Notes: generated by a model not told the origin, from the letters alone. Numbered from the stretch's first letter, positions 13,382 to 26,615 are shown. The stretch: 64,000 nt of DNA from Octopus sinensis (GCF_006345805.1 NC_043007.1:17298001-17362000); one strand, 5' to 3'. Program-made: numbers and translations.

Positions 13382-13921
13382 CAGTATTTCTTAACTATTT
13401 TTTTGCCTAGGGACCCCTTTGATTTTTGTTTTACTCAGGGAAACCACCAGAGCCATTCAATGTTTAGAAAATCTTTCAGTATTTTTTATGATTAGATATT
13501 ATTAGGAATTATATAAAAGTTGTTAAAATATTTTGTGTCAATTTTCGAGCGTGATCGTTGCCAGAGCAGCCAACTGGCTTCCGTGCCAGTGGCACATAAA
13601 AGGGCACCATTCGAGCGTGATCATTACCAAAGTCGCCTTACTGGCACCTGTGCCGGTGGCATGTGTAAAAAGATTCAAGCAAGGTCATTGCCAGTACCGC
13701 CTGACTGGCCCTGTGGCAGTGACACGTAAAAAGCACCCACTACACTCTTGGAGTGGTTGGCATTAGGAAGGGCATCCAGCTGTAGAAACTCTGCCAAATT
13801 AAGATTGGAGCCTGGTGCAGCTGTCTGGTTCGCCAGCCCTCAATCAAAATCATCCAACCCATGCTAGCATGGAAAGCAGACGTTAAACGATGATGATTAT
13901 TGCACATGGTTGAGAACAGTT
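13382..13921 (+). mobile_element. hAT-like MITE interrupted by a family-B element (13540-13895)
   Basis: Degenerate termini CAGTATTTCTTAAC... / ...GGTTGAGAACAGTTG; family-B core inside. Confidence 0.5.
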
Positions 13922-14602
13922 GACTTACCCAGTGAAGAAAAATACTTGATGACCACTTAAGCTGCTAGAAATAGCAGCTAAATCTTCTTCGCAAAACACC
14001 TTGTTGCCTTAAAAAAGGGGCACATTGGATAATAGACTCTTAGATATTGTGTGTTTGAGAAAAAAAAGGAAGAAAGAAGATAAGAATGTAGGACTAAACA
14101 GCAATTTATACTTCTCTCATTATATGTGTTTGGGTGAAACCAACACACAGTAGTGCATACAGACAAACACACCCATATACGCATGCACCCATATACGCAT
14201 GCACCCATATACTCATGCGCACGCACACACAAACACACACACACACACACAGAGTTACCTTTATTTTTATTGCCTCTATATAAAATATTATTGGAATGCT
14301 ACCAGGGTGTTGTGTTGTCCTATTTAATGGAGTAAAATATTAAAATTCCTATGTAAGGTATGAAATTTACAGGTAAGCTGAGTTACTCCCATCAGAAACA
14401 ACATAAACAAACCAACTACTACAGGTAGCAAGCTACGAAATTCTTACATTCTCCTGATTTCTGTAATTCAAACTGCTTCATGATCCTAGCAGACCAAATG
14501 GAAAAGGTATGGCCCCAGAGGATGACAAGGGAGATGTACTGGAAGAACCACTCTGATTCATGAGGCTCGCACTTGCAGACAGCCATTTCCACTCCAATAA
14601 CA

Positions 14603-14976
14603 GTGGAGGTGCAATCGCCCAGTGGTTAGGGCAGCAGACTTGTGGTTGGAGGATCGCGGTTTCGATTCCCAGACCGGGCGTTGTGTGTGTTCATTGAGTG
14701 AAAACACATAAAAGCTCCACAAGGCTCCGGCAGGGGATGGTGGCGACCCCTGTTGTACTCTTTTGCTACAACTTTCTCTCACTCTTTCTTCCTGTTTCTT
14801 GTCCCCGACTTCCTACGCAACTGCTGAGCCTGGATGCGCATTCATGCATCCATCGATGCTCTCGGTGTCGGGGGTTGACCTGCTTTCTCTTCTGTGGGTC
14901 TCGCGAATAGCAAAGGACCACGTTTCGGACTTCTCCCACAAAGGAACGAAGACTAATTCGCTCAACAAACAAACAA
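14603..14976 (+). mobile_element. SINE family C, tail type 2 ((AAAC)n end), 15-bp TSD
   Basis: Family-C head; TSD ACTCCAATA(A/T)CAGTG at 14591 and 14977. Confidence 0.85.
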
Positions 14977-15059
14977 ACTCCAATATCAGTGAGCAGAGAC
15001 AGGGTTTGGAGGCTGAGAGCACCAGAGATCTCCGCTGTCTAGCAAAGCTAAATATTTCA

Positions 15060-15287
15060 TTCAGCACTTTAGCATTCAAACCAGCCATATCCAGCCTAAA
15101 TATTCTACAAGTTTTATGTGAAAATTGGCCAGATCTGGCCTCTCACACCTTCCTACAATGTCATTCTAAAAATCAACAATAGCATCATTGAAATCTTGAA
15201 GCTACAAGATAAGGCATGATTAATTCAAAATAATCTGAGTAAGTAGGCATTACATTCGAGAGAGTAATCCGAATGATAAAGGATTAA
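15060..15287. mobile_element. MITE with TTAACCCTTTAGCATTCA-type TIRs (piggyBac-like)
   Basis: Degenerate termini CTTTAGCATTCA...GAATGATAAAGGATTAA; second copy at 46905-47126 ends TGAATGCTAAAGGGTTAA. Confidence 0.55.
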
Positions 15288-15609
15288 ATTATAGATATAT
15301 CTTCCAATTAACTTCCAACTGCTCATTTAATTACTAATCACTGACTGATAGAGAAAAAAAAACAAAAAACGGCAAATACCTACCTGAAACTCATCTTAAA
15401 ACAACTTACTATGCCTAATAATAAAATATCTACCTGTGTCTATAATTGAAATATCTTTCACTATAAGATATTGTGAAGGTGCGTGGCCAAGTGGATACGG
15501 TGTCAGGCTGACAGTCATAATGTCATTGGTTCAATTTCTGTATTGGATGGTACATTGTATTTTTGAACAAGGAACCTAAATTTACATGACTCTAGTCTGC
15601 TGAGCTGAG

Positions 15610-15945
15610 ACCCCCTTCAGTCACGACACAGACCATGGGATTGCACCTAGAAAGTTACCCTCCCAGGCACAAGTCCAGGCAAGGTCGTTTATGGAAGACC
15701 AGCAGTCGCTCATGCATACCGCCCTTCCTTTCTCCACGCCACCAGTGTTATCCAAGGGAAAGACAAAGGTCGATACAGCTTGGCACCTGTGACGTCACAA
15801 CTCATTTCTACAGCTGAGTGAACTGGAGCAACGTGAAATGAAGTGTCTTGCTCAAGAACACAACACACAGCCCGGTCCAGGATTCGAACTCACAACCTCA
15901 TGATCGTAACCATGACGCTCTAACCACTGAGCCATGCGTCTTCAC
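15610..15945 (-). mobile_element. tRNA-headed SINE family E
   Basis: The reverse complement has GGCTCAGTGGTTAGAGCG...GAGTTCGAATCC followed by TGTGTTCTTGAGCAAGACACTT; homologous to 29030-29350. Confidence 0.85.
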
Positions 15946-16363
15946 ACTAGTCTACTCAGCTGAAAATAGAGTACCAGCTGAGTACCGGCACTGCCTTCTT
16001 TCCCTACAGGCATCATAACCTCAGTATTCCACTGGGTCGATAATGGGAGGGCCCGAGGGAGTATCTGTGTCTGTTCATGGCTATATAGGTACTTAAAACA
16101 ATTAATGAAAGTAGGATATGTGCTACAAAAATCACAGAGCAAAGAAAAATTAAGAGTTTTGCTGAAGGACACGACACACTGTCCAATCCAAGAATCGAAC
16201 ACACAATCTCATGATCATGAGTTCAACTCTCTAACCACTTGGCCACATGCCCTCATACATGTATACACACACATGCACACATACGCACATGCACACACGC
16301 ACACACATGCACATACATGAGTGCAACATCCTAATCATGAGGTCATATGCACTCATGAATGTA

Positions 16364-16395
<32 letters not shown>

Positions 16396-16569
16396 TGTGT
16401 GTGTGTGAGTGAGTGAGTGAGTGTGTGTATCTTCATCTTGACATGGCATGATAGTTGTGAGTGTCACTGTGATATAGGCAGTGTCGTTCATTTCCAACGT
16501 TCAACCAAAACATGTCTGTCCATGGGATATTATTATCTTGTTTGAAAACAAGTGAAGATTACTCTCTGC

Positions 16570-16970
16570 TCTCTTTTACTCTTTTACTTGTTTCAGCCAT
16601 TTGACTGTGGCCATGCTGGAGCACTGCCTTTTGTCGAGCAAATTGACCCCAGGACTTATTCTTTGTAAGCCTAGTACTTATTCTATCCATCTCTTTTGCC
16701 GAACCGCTAAGTTACGGGGACGTAAACATACCAGCATCGGTTGTCAAGCGATGTTGGGGGGACAAACACAGACACACAAACACACACACACACATACATA
16801 TATACGACGGGCTTCTTTCAGTTTCCATCTACCAAATCCACTCACAAGGCTTTGGTCAGCCTGAGGCTATAGTAGAAGACACTTGCCCAAGGTGCCCCAC
16901 AGTGGGACTGACACCCGGAACAATGTGGTTGGTAAGCAAGCTACTTACCACACAACCACTCCTGCGCCTA
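16570..16970 (-). mobile_element. SINE family A, full length
   Basis: Family-A match. Confidence 0.9.
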
Positions 16971-17468
16971 TGAAGGTGCCTTTCCTATGAAGGGCACCTA
17001 TCAAAGAAAATCTACCTCAATAAACTTCATCCGACCCATGCAAGGAAAGAAAAGTGGACATTAAGATGTGATGATGATGATGATGATGATGGTAGTGGTG
17101 GTGAAAACAGCCAAACTGAAAATTAAGTCAAGATTCTTTTGGCAAGGAACCAGAATATTTGGCTGCATTTTGGGAAATGATAGAAATTGCTGGTCATATA
17201 ATTCTTGAAGGTAACATTTACTTTCCCTGGATGTTATCTTGCAGATGTTATAATGGTTGATGGACACCTCCCTATTGACCTATAATATAGCAATACAATA
17301 TCTTATCAGTTGCACCATATTGCTTCTCTCTTCCTTACTGTGTATAATACTGGTTTCTTGTAGTAAGTTTTCCTTTGTTTCTCAAAGCTGTGCCTATTGT
17401 AACAATAATAGGATATATTTAGAAGAAATTTGAAGTGCATTCAAATAATCTGTCAAAGTTTTGTTTAT

Positions 17469-18055
17469 AGGTGTAGGAGTGGCTGTGTGGTAAGTAGCTT
17501 GCTTACAAACCACATGGTTCCAGGTTCAGTCCCACTGTGTGGCACCTTGGGCAAGTGTCTTCTACTATAGCTTCGGGCCGACCAAAGCCTTGTGAGTGGA
17601 TTTGGTAGATGGAAACTGAAAGAAGCCCGTTGTATATATGTATATATATATTTCGTTTTTGGATTTGGTTTGCAAGATTCTTTATATGAGTTTGTGTGTT
17701 GAACTTTATAGTCAAAACTATTGAAAAGGTTGCAAGACGCAACGAAAATTTTAGGAAAATAAAAATAAGAAAAAAGTGGAAATTTTACCAGTGAGTGTGT
17801 TATATTATAAGGCACAAAAAGAAAATGACTCTCCCCAGATACAACAGTATATATGTATGTATATGTTTCTGTGTTTGTGTTCATCCCCCCAACATTGCTT
17901 GTCAACCGATGCTGGTGTGTTTACGTCCCCGTAACTTAGCAGTTCGGCAAAAGAGACCGATAGAAGACACTTGCACAAGGTGGAACACAGTGGGACTGAA
18001 CTCAGAACCATGTAGTTTGTAAGCAAGCTACTTACCACCCAGCCATGCCTGCGCA
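17469..18055 (+). mobile_element. SINE family A carrying a ~200-bp insert in its (TA)n, fused to an inverted family-A head (17960-18055)
   Basis: Head 17469-17640, foreign insert 17651-17848, body 17850-17962, then a minus-strand head. Confidence 0.8.
17651..17848 (+). mobile_element. (TA)n-inserted 3' remnant, probably PLE-derived
   Basis: The terminus GTGGAAAT...GTGAGTGTGTT...ATAAGGCA...AATGACTCTCCCCAGA(TA)n is shared with 42160-42235. Confidence 0.55.
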
Positions 18056-18194
18056 TTAAAAAACACAGACAAAATAAGTATGGAAAACAATAAACAGTTC
18101 TAATTTGCATTATTTTAACAGTTCTTGGGTTCTGTATGTTGTGTAGCCATTAAGAAAAAGTGGAGTGAAGTAATTGTTTTTATAAGAATTATGC

Positions 18195-18620
18195 ATGGGT
18201 ATGTAGTTAGAAAAGTTGCTTGCAACCATGTGGCATGTGGCCTCATGTTCAGTCCTACAGCATGGAATCTTGGGCAAGGGTCTTTTACTATAACTTCAGG
18301 CCAATCAATGCCTTGTGAGTGAATTTCATAGATGGAAACTGTGTGGAAGCCCATCACACACACACACACACATGTATGTGTGTGTCTGTGTGTGCATATG
18401 CTTATCTTTGTGTTTGTGTTTGTACTTCCCATAACTAATTGATAATCGGTGTTGGTTTGTTTACATCCCCATAACAAAGCAGTTCAGCAAAAGAGACTGA
18501 TAGAGTAAGTACCAGACTCATGAATAAATACTAGGGTCAATTTCTTCAACTAACTCCTTCAAAGCAGTGCCCCAACAAGGTTTCAGTTCTATGACTGAAA
18601 CAAGTAAAAGAAAGATAAAA
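18195..18620 (+). mobile_element. Older diverged SINE family A
   Basis: Diverged but colinear with family A. Confidence 0.75.
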
Positions 18621-18859
18621 GATACACACAAATACCTAAATTTGTAGCTCCATCCAACCCTAGCTAATGTGTTTATAAATTAACAAAAAATGACCTGCAG
18701 TTATTTTGGGATGAACCATTAATTCATTAAAGAATTTGGTGTTTGAATATGTAATAACTGCTAAAAACAGATAAAGTGGTATTATCTTAATCTCTTTGCC
18801 GGATAATACTGGATAGTTGAATTAATAATGATGTGAATGTACTTCTAAATTGTTAATCC

Positions 18860-19355
18860 TCATCATTATCATCATTATAGTCATCATCACTGTTGTAATC
18901 TACACTATCAGCATCATCGTCATCATTGTTATTATTGCTGACATCATCATTGCCATGAGCATCACCATCATCATCATCATCACCATCATCATCCTCTTTA
19001 CCATCATCATCATACTCATCACCACCACCACCACCCCACCACCACCCCACCACCACCCCACCACCACCATTGTTGCCATCGTCATCATCTTCTTCCTCCT
19101 CTTCCACCGTCTCCCTTCTCTTTCCTCCTTCTTCTCCCTTTTCCTATTCTTCTTCCTCTTCCATATCCTTCTCTTCCTCTTCCTTCCTCTCTTTCTCCTC
19201 CCTTCTCTTCCCCTTCCTTCTTTTTCTCCTCCCTTCTCTTCCTCTTCCTTCTCCTCCCTTCCTCCTCTTCCTTCTTCTTCTCATCTTCCTCTTCCTCTTC
19301 CTCCTTCTCCCTTCTCTCATCCCCCCTCCCGCTCCTTCACCTCATCATCATCATT
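18860..19355. repeat. (CAT)n/(CAC)n/(CTT)n low-complexity tract
   Basis: Directly visible. Confidence 0.9.
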
Positions 19356-19847
19356 GTTCTCCACCTGGTATAAGTTACATCAGATGTCTTTTGGGACAAT
19401 GCTTTATACCTGGATGCCCTTCCTGACGCCAACTATTTTTCAAGTCACCTTTGATAATCTCTAATCTAATCGTTTTTTGCCACCCTGTTGTACTGTTATC
19501 CCAACTGAAATAGTCACACAACTAAACTATGATAGCACATCAGTAAACAGTAGTACTACAACGATAAAATAACAGTATTAGTTACAGTACAGCTTTTTTT
19601 TCTTGCCCCACCCTTAATTAAAAGTGATTATTACATCTCTTCTGGTGCTTTTCACAACTTACAAGATCTCTTACCTTTCTGTCTGACTATCTGTTTGTTT
19701 AACTATCTGTCTTGCCAGCTGTACTTACATAAATACATAAATACATACATACATACATACATACATACTTATGTACATGTGTACATATATAAATATATAC
19801 ACAAACTAATACATACTTACACCTATCAATCATACTTTACTTACGTA

Positions 19848-19877
19848 CTATCTGTCTGTCTATCTATCTATCTATCT

Positions 19878-19908
<31 letters not shown>

Positions 19909-19935
19909 CTATCTATCTATCTATCTGTCTGTGTC

Positions 19936-19989
<54 letters not shown>

Positions 19990-20006
19990 CATCTATCTAT
20001 CTATCC

Positions 20007-20081
<75 letters not shown>
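19848..20081. repeat. (TATC)n microsatellite
   Basis: Directly visible. Confidence 0.95.
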
Positions 20082-20084
<3 letters not shown>

Positions 20085-20609
20085 TATCTTTTATTTTTTA
20101 CATGTTTTAGTTATTAGACTATGGCCATGCTGGAGCCTTGAAGAGTTTTTAGTCAAATGAACCAACCCTAGTTTTTTTTTTTTTCCAAAGCCTGGTTCTT
20201 ATTCTATTGGCCTCTTTTGCCAAACTGCTAAGTTACAGGGACTTAAACATACCAATCCTAGTTGTCAAGTAAGGGTGGGGAACAAACACACATGAAAAGA
20301 CACACACAGGTGGCGAGTTGGTAGAAAATTAAGTACCAGTTGCGTACTGGTGTCGATCTAATCGACTGGCCCCCTCCCCCAAAATTTCAGGCCTTGTGCC
20401 TAGAGTAGAAAAAGAAAAGACACACACATACACAACAGGTTTCTATCAGTTTCTATTTGCCCAATCAACTCACAAGGCTTTGGCTGGCCGGAGGATATAG
20501 TAGTAGACACTTGTCCAGGGTGCCATGCAGTGGGCCTGAACCCAGAACCATGTGGTTGGGAAGCAAACTTCTTACCATATAGCGATGCATGTATATATAA
20601 TATATATAT

Positions 20610-20781
20610 AGGCGCAGGAGTGGCTGTGTGGTAAGTAGCTTGTTTACCAACCATATGGTTTCGGGTTCAGTCCCACTGCGTGGCATCTTGGGCAAGTGTC
20701 TTCTACTATAGTCTCGGGCCGATCAAGGCCTTGTGAGTGGATTTGGTAGACGGAAACTGAAAGAAGCCTGTCGTATATATG

Positions 20782-20816
<35 letters not shown>

Positions 20817-21025
20817 TTGTGTGTCAGTGTTTGTTCCTCCAACATCGCTTGACAACTGATGCTGGTGTGTTTACGTCCCCGTCACTTAGCGGTTTGGCAA
20901 AAGAGACCGATAGAATAAGTACTGGGCTTACAAAGAATAAGTCCCTGGTCGAGTTGCTCGATTAAAGGCGGTGCTCCAGCATGGCCACAGTCAAATGACT
21001 GAAACAAGTAAAAGAGTAAAAGAGT
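20610..21025 (+). mobile_element. SINE family A, head-to-head with a minus-strand copy (~20090-20585)
   Basis: Family-A match on both strands. Confidence 0.9.
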
Positions 21026-21571
21026 ATAATTGTTGAGTTTAGTTACTCTTCCTAATAGATGCAGTGGTACTGCTGTGTGCATGCGATTATAGAGAGAGAA
21101 AGAGATAGTGTTGCTTCCCCTAAACAGGGAAAGGATGAAAGAGAGAGAGAAAGAGGAGGAGAGAATAAGTGAGAGAGAGAGAGGGAATGGTGGAAAGAGA
21201 GAGGGGGATAGATAGGTGGAAAGAAAGAGAGGTGTTCAGGTATTAATCGTGTCAGCCAGGCAGCAGAAAGGGAAGGTGGGAAGTGTGAAAGGAATTGTGT
21301 AATTAAGGTGATTTTGAATCTGTGATGAAACCATTCTGTGGGAAAGTAAAAAGGGTAAAAAAAAGGGAAAAAAAAAATAGAAGAAAAAAAACAACAAAGA
21401 AACCAGAAGCAGTTGTTGCTTGCATAATTTATAATTTGAAGGTCGGTGACCCCCAGAAGGAAGGCTTAGGCGTAGTAACCAGAGATGATAACAACAGAAT
21501 GTAGGGTGTAGAAGAAATTTGTCCGATCTCTGTGAGAACCAGATACATAGAACTATGAACAAGGACAGTGG

Positions 21572-21629
<58 letters not shown>

Positions 21630-22807
21630 GGTGGTGGTGGTGGTGGTGGTGGTGGTGGTGGTGGTGGTGGTGGTGGTGTTGACGATGCTGATAGTGCCAG
21701 AGGAAGAGGTTATTGGAAAATGTTCTTGATTTCCAGCCAATAAATCAATGAACCAAATTTGATGAGATGAGATATTGGGGAAATTTTCTCTATCAAATTA
21801 CACCAAACACCATTTGCTGCTGTTTACCATTTTTGTTTTGCTTCTTCTTCTTCTTCTTCTTCTTCTGATGATGATGATGATTATGACGGCGGCGGCGGAG
21901 GTGGTGATGTTGGTGGTGCTGGTTTCTGATATTTGCAACAAGGGCGATGAATGAGGGAACATTACAAGGACAAGTTATAAAGAAACAGTGGCACGGTGGG
22001 AACAGGGCAGGGGTGTATGCAGAATCAGTTATGTCAAAACAGACATGAAAAATACAAAAGTATATAAATAAAGAGGAAAGCGCACCCCCACCCGCCCCGT
22101 CCAATGGACGGTGCCGAATCATATCTGCTGAATAAAAAGCAATCAGTGTTTTCTTTTCATTAAAAAATAATTAAGCATGCCTTTATTTCAATAAAATTTT
22201 TAGTTTTGTTAAATGAAGTTAAGGCAAAAGAAATAGTCTTTCCTTCCTTCATGCCAAGTTTGAAGAAAATATCTCTTTTGCATCTTACTTTTTTGGTCTC
22301 TTAAATATACTGCATTTTGTGGTATTATTCCAAGGCAGCTGGCTTTTTTTGCACAAACTGCACGTGCATTTTTCTCGCGTACGCATAGTATCGATCACAA
22401 CAGCTGATGTACTTGTGCATACAAATGCACATTCTTATGGCGCTATCAACCGCATTCTCACCTGGAATCGATTTTTGTAATTTTTTCAAGATTTATACAT
22501 GCCCTGATACCGTTGGTATCTACATATCAAATTTGAACGCAATCGGATGGAGGATGCCCGAGATCCTAGAAGACACACACACAGACAGAACGGATTTTAT
22601 ATAATAGTTATGGCAAGAGACATCCCAGTAGCTGAGCAACCATACTTAGCCAATCAAGGAACCTCGCCCCCACTCCCAAGAAACAGAATTACTCTGACAT
22701 GTTCCTTCTCCCTGTTGTGTTCTCTAGCCCATGGGCACATACAGAGTGTAGATACACTGCTATTGAAAGACATGAGCACACTCAACAGTTTTCCAAGGGC
22801 CAAGCAT

Positions 22808-23036
22808 AGGGACCCAATTTTGATCTATGTATATTGTGGCTTATGGTCAATAAATATTATAGGGCTCAGCTCATTGATTTTTCCCAGGGATCTCACAGGT
22901 CTAGGGACCCAGTTTTATTCTATGTATGTTGTGGCTTATGATCAATAAATAAATATATTGGGCCCTGTGGAATGATTTGCACAGGGACCACACAGGCCTA
23001 GGGACCTAGTTTTGATCTATGTATGTTGTGGCTTAT
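22808..23036 (+). repeat. ~95-bp tandem repeat, 2.4 copies
   Basis: AGGGACC.A.TTT..TCTATGTAT.TTGTGGCTTAT at 22808, 22902 and 22999. Confidence 0.85.
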
Positions 23037-23253
23037 ACTCTCTTTTACTCTTTTACTTGTTTGAGTCATTTGACTGCGGCCATGCTGGAGCACCGCCTTT
23101 AGTTGAGGAAATCGACCCCAGGACTTATTCTTTGTAAGCCCAGTACTTATTCTATCGGTCTCTTTTGCCAAACTGCTAGGTTACGGGGGACGTAAACACA
23201 CCAGCATCGGTTGTCAAGCGTTGTTGAGGGGACAAACACAGACACATAAACAT

Positions 23254-23304
<51 letters not shown>

Positions 23305-23470
23305 CATATATACAACGGACTTCTTTCAGTTTCCGTCTACCAAATCCACTCACAAGGCTTTGGTTGGCCCGAGGCTGTAGTAGAAGACACTTGCCCAAGG
23401 TGCCACACAGTAGGACTGAACCCGGAACCATGTGGTTCGTAAACAAGCTACTTACTACACAGCTACTCCT
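23037..23470 (-). mobile_element. SINE family A, full length
   Basis: Family-A match; a plus-strand 3' half follows at 23625-23845. Confidence 0.9.
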
Positions 23471-23530
23471 GCAAATAATGGGATTTGATCTCAGCACTGT
23501 AATATATATATATATACACACACATATATG

Positions 23531-23592
<62 letters not shown>

Positions 23593-24136
23593 TGTGTGTG
23601 TATATATATATATATTTATATTTGTGTGTCTTTGTGTCTGTGTTTATCCCCCTGCCATTGCTTGACAACCAACGTTGGTGTGCTTATATCCCCATAACTT
23701 AGCAGCTCAGCAAAAGTGACCATTAGGATAAGTACTTGGCTTACAAAGAATAAATCCTGGGATCAATTTCTTTGTCCAAAACCCTTTAAACCAGTGCTCC
23801 AGCATGGCTGCAGCCAAATGACCAAAGCATGTAAAAGAATAAAAGAATACTCACATATATGTGTGTATGTATGTATGTATGTATGTATGTATGTATGTAT
23901 GTATGTATGTGTGTGTGTGTGTGTGCACGCGTGTGTGCGTGTGTCTCTCTCTCTCTATATATATATATGTATGTATGTATGTATATGTATATATATATAT
24001 CACCGTGATCACCATGACCGACCAGGCTATCAGATGTTGCTACACATCGCTGGTCACAATGCACTTCGCATTGTTTTAGTCTTCAAATGACGCCACCCCG
24101 CTGGCTAAGCGAGCAGGCCAGTATATATATATATAT

Positions 24137-24177
<41 letters not shown>

Positions 24178-24909
24178 ATATCATACTAGAATTATGATAT
24201 ATATATATGTGTGTGTGTGTATGTATATCACACTAGAATTATCATATTTGCTCTATGGGCACAACTTGTTACACTAAGGTTACCTTATTTATACAATGGA
24301 TAGTAACACAAAGCTACCTGTTCTCATAGTGTTATATTTATCCAGTGGATCTCAACAATAAACTACCTGTTAACACCAAAGCTATATTTGATCAAAATAT
24401 TTATATTTCATCAACAGAGGCAGATAAAAATGAAAAAAAAAAAAAAAGAAAACAGAAAAGAAAAAGAGAAATAATTAAAAAAGAAAAAGAAAAAGGCCTC
24501 CTGAGCTTAGCTTTTTTGTTTGACTAAAATTCCTTTTATAATAATTTCTAAATCTGGCCTGGAAGCCATTCAGATGGAAAATATTTGCAGAACATCGTTG
24601 AGTGGCCATTTCTAAAACAGGCTTCAGTGGAGAGCCATGAGAGACAAGTATCTTTAGAGTTATCAATTATTTCTTTTATTACACACTTCCATTTGATGCG
24701 GCAAAAAACTCCTTTATTTCCTTTTTTCTATAAATATCTGTTGTGCCAGCGCTTTATTAAGCCGCTAACTTTAGTTGCCAAGAATGTTTACGTCAGACGA
24801 AATCGTTTTGTAGCATCACACCGCATCACATACCGAGGTTAGTCAGCTGGGCAAGCAATGTTCAGTTCTGACATTATGTATTGGTGAACAGTGTCATATA
24901 TGCTTCTTT

Positions 24910-24998
24910 AACGTATGTATATATATATATATATATATAATATATATATATATATTATATAATATATATATATATTATATATATACATATACATCTAT

Positions 24999-25041
<43 letters not shown>

Positions 25042-25093
25042 TATATATAGATATATACATATACATATATATATATATATATTATATATATAT

Positions 25094-25132
<39 letters not shown>

Positions 25133-25380
25133 CACATATATAATATATATGTGTGTTTGTGTGTGTTAGGGTTTGTGTGTATAAAATACATGAATAGATA
25201 TATGCATACATATGTGTATATGCATGTAAGTATCTGTATGTGTATGTATGTATATGTGTATATATGTGTGCATGGTATGTCTATACACACACACACTCGA
25301 CAAACACACCCATATATATATATATACATATACATACATACACATACATATATATGTAGATGCATGTATCCATATATGTG

Positions 25381-25424
<44 letters not shown>

Positions 25425-25435
25425 TATATATATAC
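24910..25435. repeat. Compound (TA)n/(TG)n/(CA)n microsatellite
   Basis: Directly visible. Confidence 0.95.
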
Positions 25436-25439
25436 ACAC

Positions 25440-26615
25440 GCAAGGTGGTATCAAAAAGTTCCTCGACTTGTTCTGTAGCATGCCAACAGGTGGCAGCACA
25501 CAACTGCATGCACAGTGAGAATTAGCAGTGACCTTTGTGAGTCAGTGTGCCAAATGACATCGCTGTGTTGACTTTGCAAGTTTTGAAGTTCATCTCTTTG
25601 TGATCAAACGTATTCATTAAACTTGGGAAGGCTGCTACAAAGACAATGAGCGTGAGTCAGCAAGCTTACGGCAACAAGGCAATGGGTTGTACACAATGTT
25701 TCAAGTGCCATGTGAGCTTCAAAAGCAGAAGGACACCCCTGGAAGACAATCATTGATTTGGAAGACCTGCCAGAAGTGTTACCCCACAGAAATGTGGAGA
25801 AAATTCATCAGTTTGTAGATGAGGATCGTTGGAGGACAATCAAGGACATTGTTAATGTTGTTAACAATGATCTGTCGTATGGGTCGGTGCGTGGAGGTGC
25901 AATGGCCCAGTGGTTAGGGCAGCAGACTCGCAGTCGGAGGATCACAGTTTCGATTCCCAGACCAGGCATTGTGTGTGTTTATTGAACGAAAACACCTAAA
26001 AGCTCCATGAGGCCCTGGCAGGGGCTGGTGGTAGCCCCTGTTGTACTCTTTCACCACAACTTTCTCTCACTCTCTCTTCCTGTTTCTTGAGTAATGCTGT
26101 GATGGACTGGCATCCCGTCCAGCTGGGGGGAACACATGCGCCACAGAAACCAGAAAACTGGGCCCATGAGCCTGGTTAGGCTTGAAAAGGGCGATGTATG
26201 TTTTATGGGTCAGTGCAGGTAATTCTAGCATTTGGATTCTTCTCAATGACAAAGCTCCCTGTCACCAAGCTCTCCTCACTTGTGAGTTTCTCACCAAAAA
26301 CATGGTATAACTTTGGCACCAACATTATTCACCAGATTTAGCACCTGTGGACTTCCATCACTTCCCCAAGATGAATATCCAGCTCAAAGGTTGCCATTTT
26401 AACACCATTGTCAAGTTCAAGAGTGAGTTCCAGAAAGTCTTTGACTCGCTTATGGGAAATGATTTCCAGGTCAGATTCCAAAAGTGGCAGGAATGATGGC
26501 ACCGGTATATTGCTGCACAAGGTGACTATTTCGAAGGAGATAATGTTAGAACTTAGGTAAATAAGTTATTTTATATTAAACATAACTAGTCCAGGAAATC
26601 TTTGATATCACCTCA
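25440..26615 (+). mobile_element. Internally deleted mariner transposon with both TIRs
   Basis: TIRs AGGTGGTATCAAAAAGTTCCTCGACT / AGTCCAGGAAATCTTTGATATCACCT. N-terminus KLGKAATKT..QAYG..AM..TQCF....FK..RT.LED...GRP; C-terminus WILLNDKAPCH...YSPDLAPVDF...GDYFEGD. Confidence 0.9.
25891..26203 (+). mobile_element. SINE family C, tail type 3, nested in the mariner with a 13-bp TSD
   Basis: TSD TATGGGTC(G/A)GTGC at 25878-25890 and 26204-26216. Confidence 0.9.

Noticed and set aside
16601-16864. Recurrent peptides such as RGYSRRHLPKVP, SVSVYQIHSQGFG and FQSFDCGHAGAPP that look like a gene family
   Set aside because: They are translations of SINE family A in different frames and strands.
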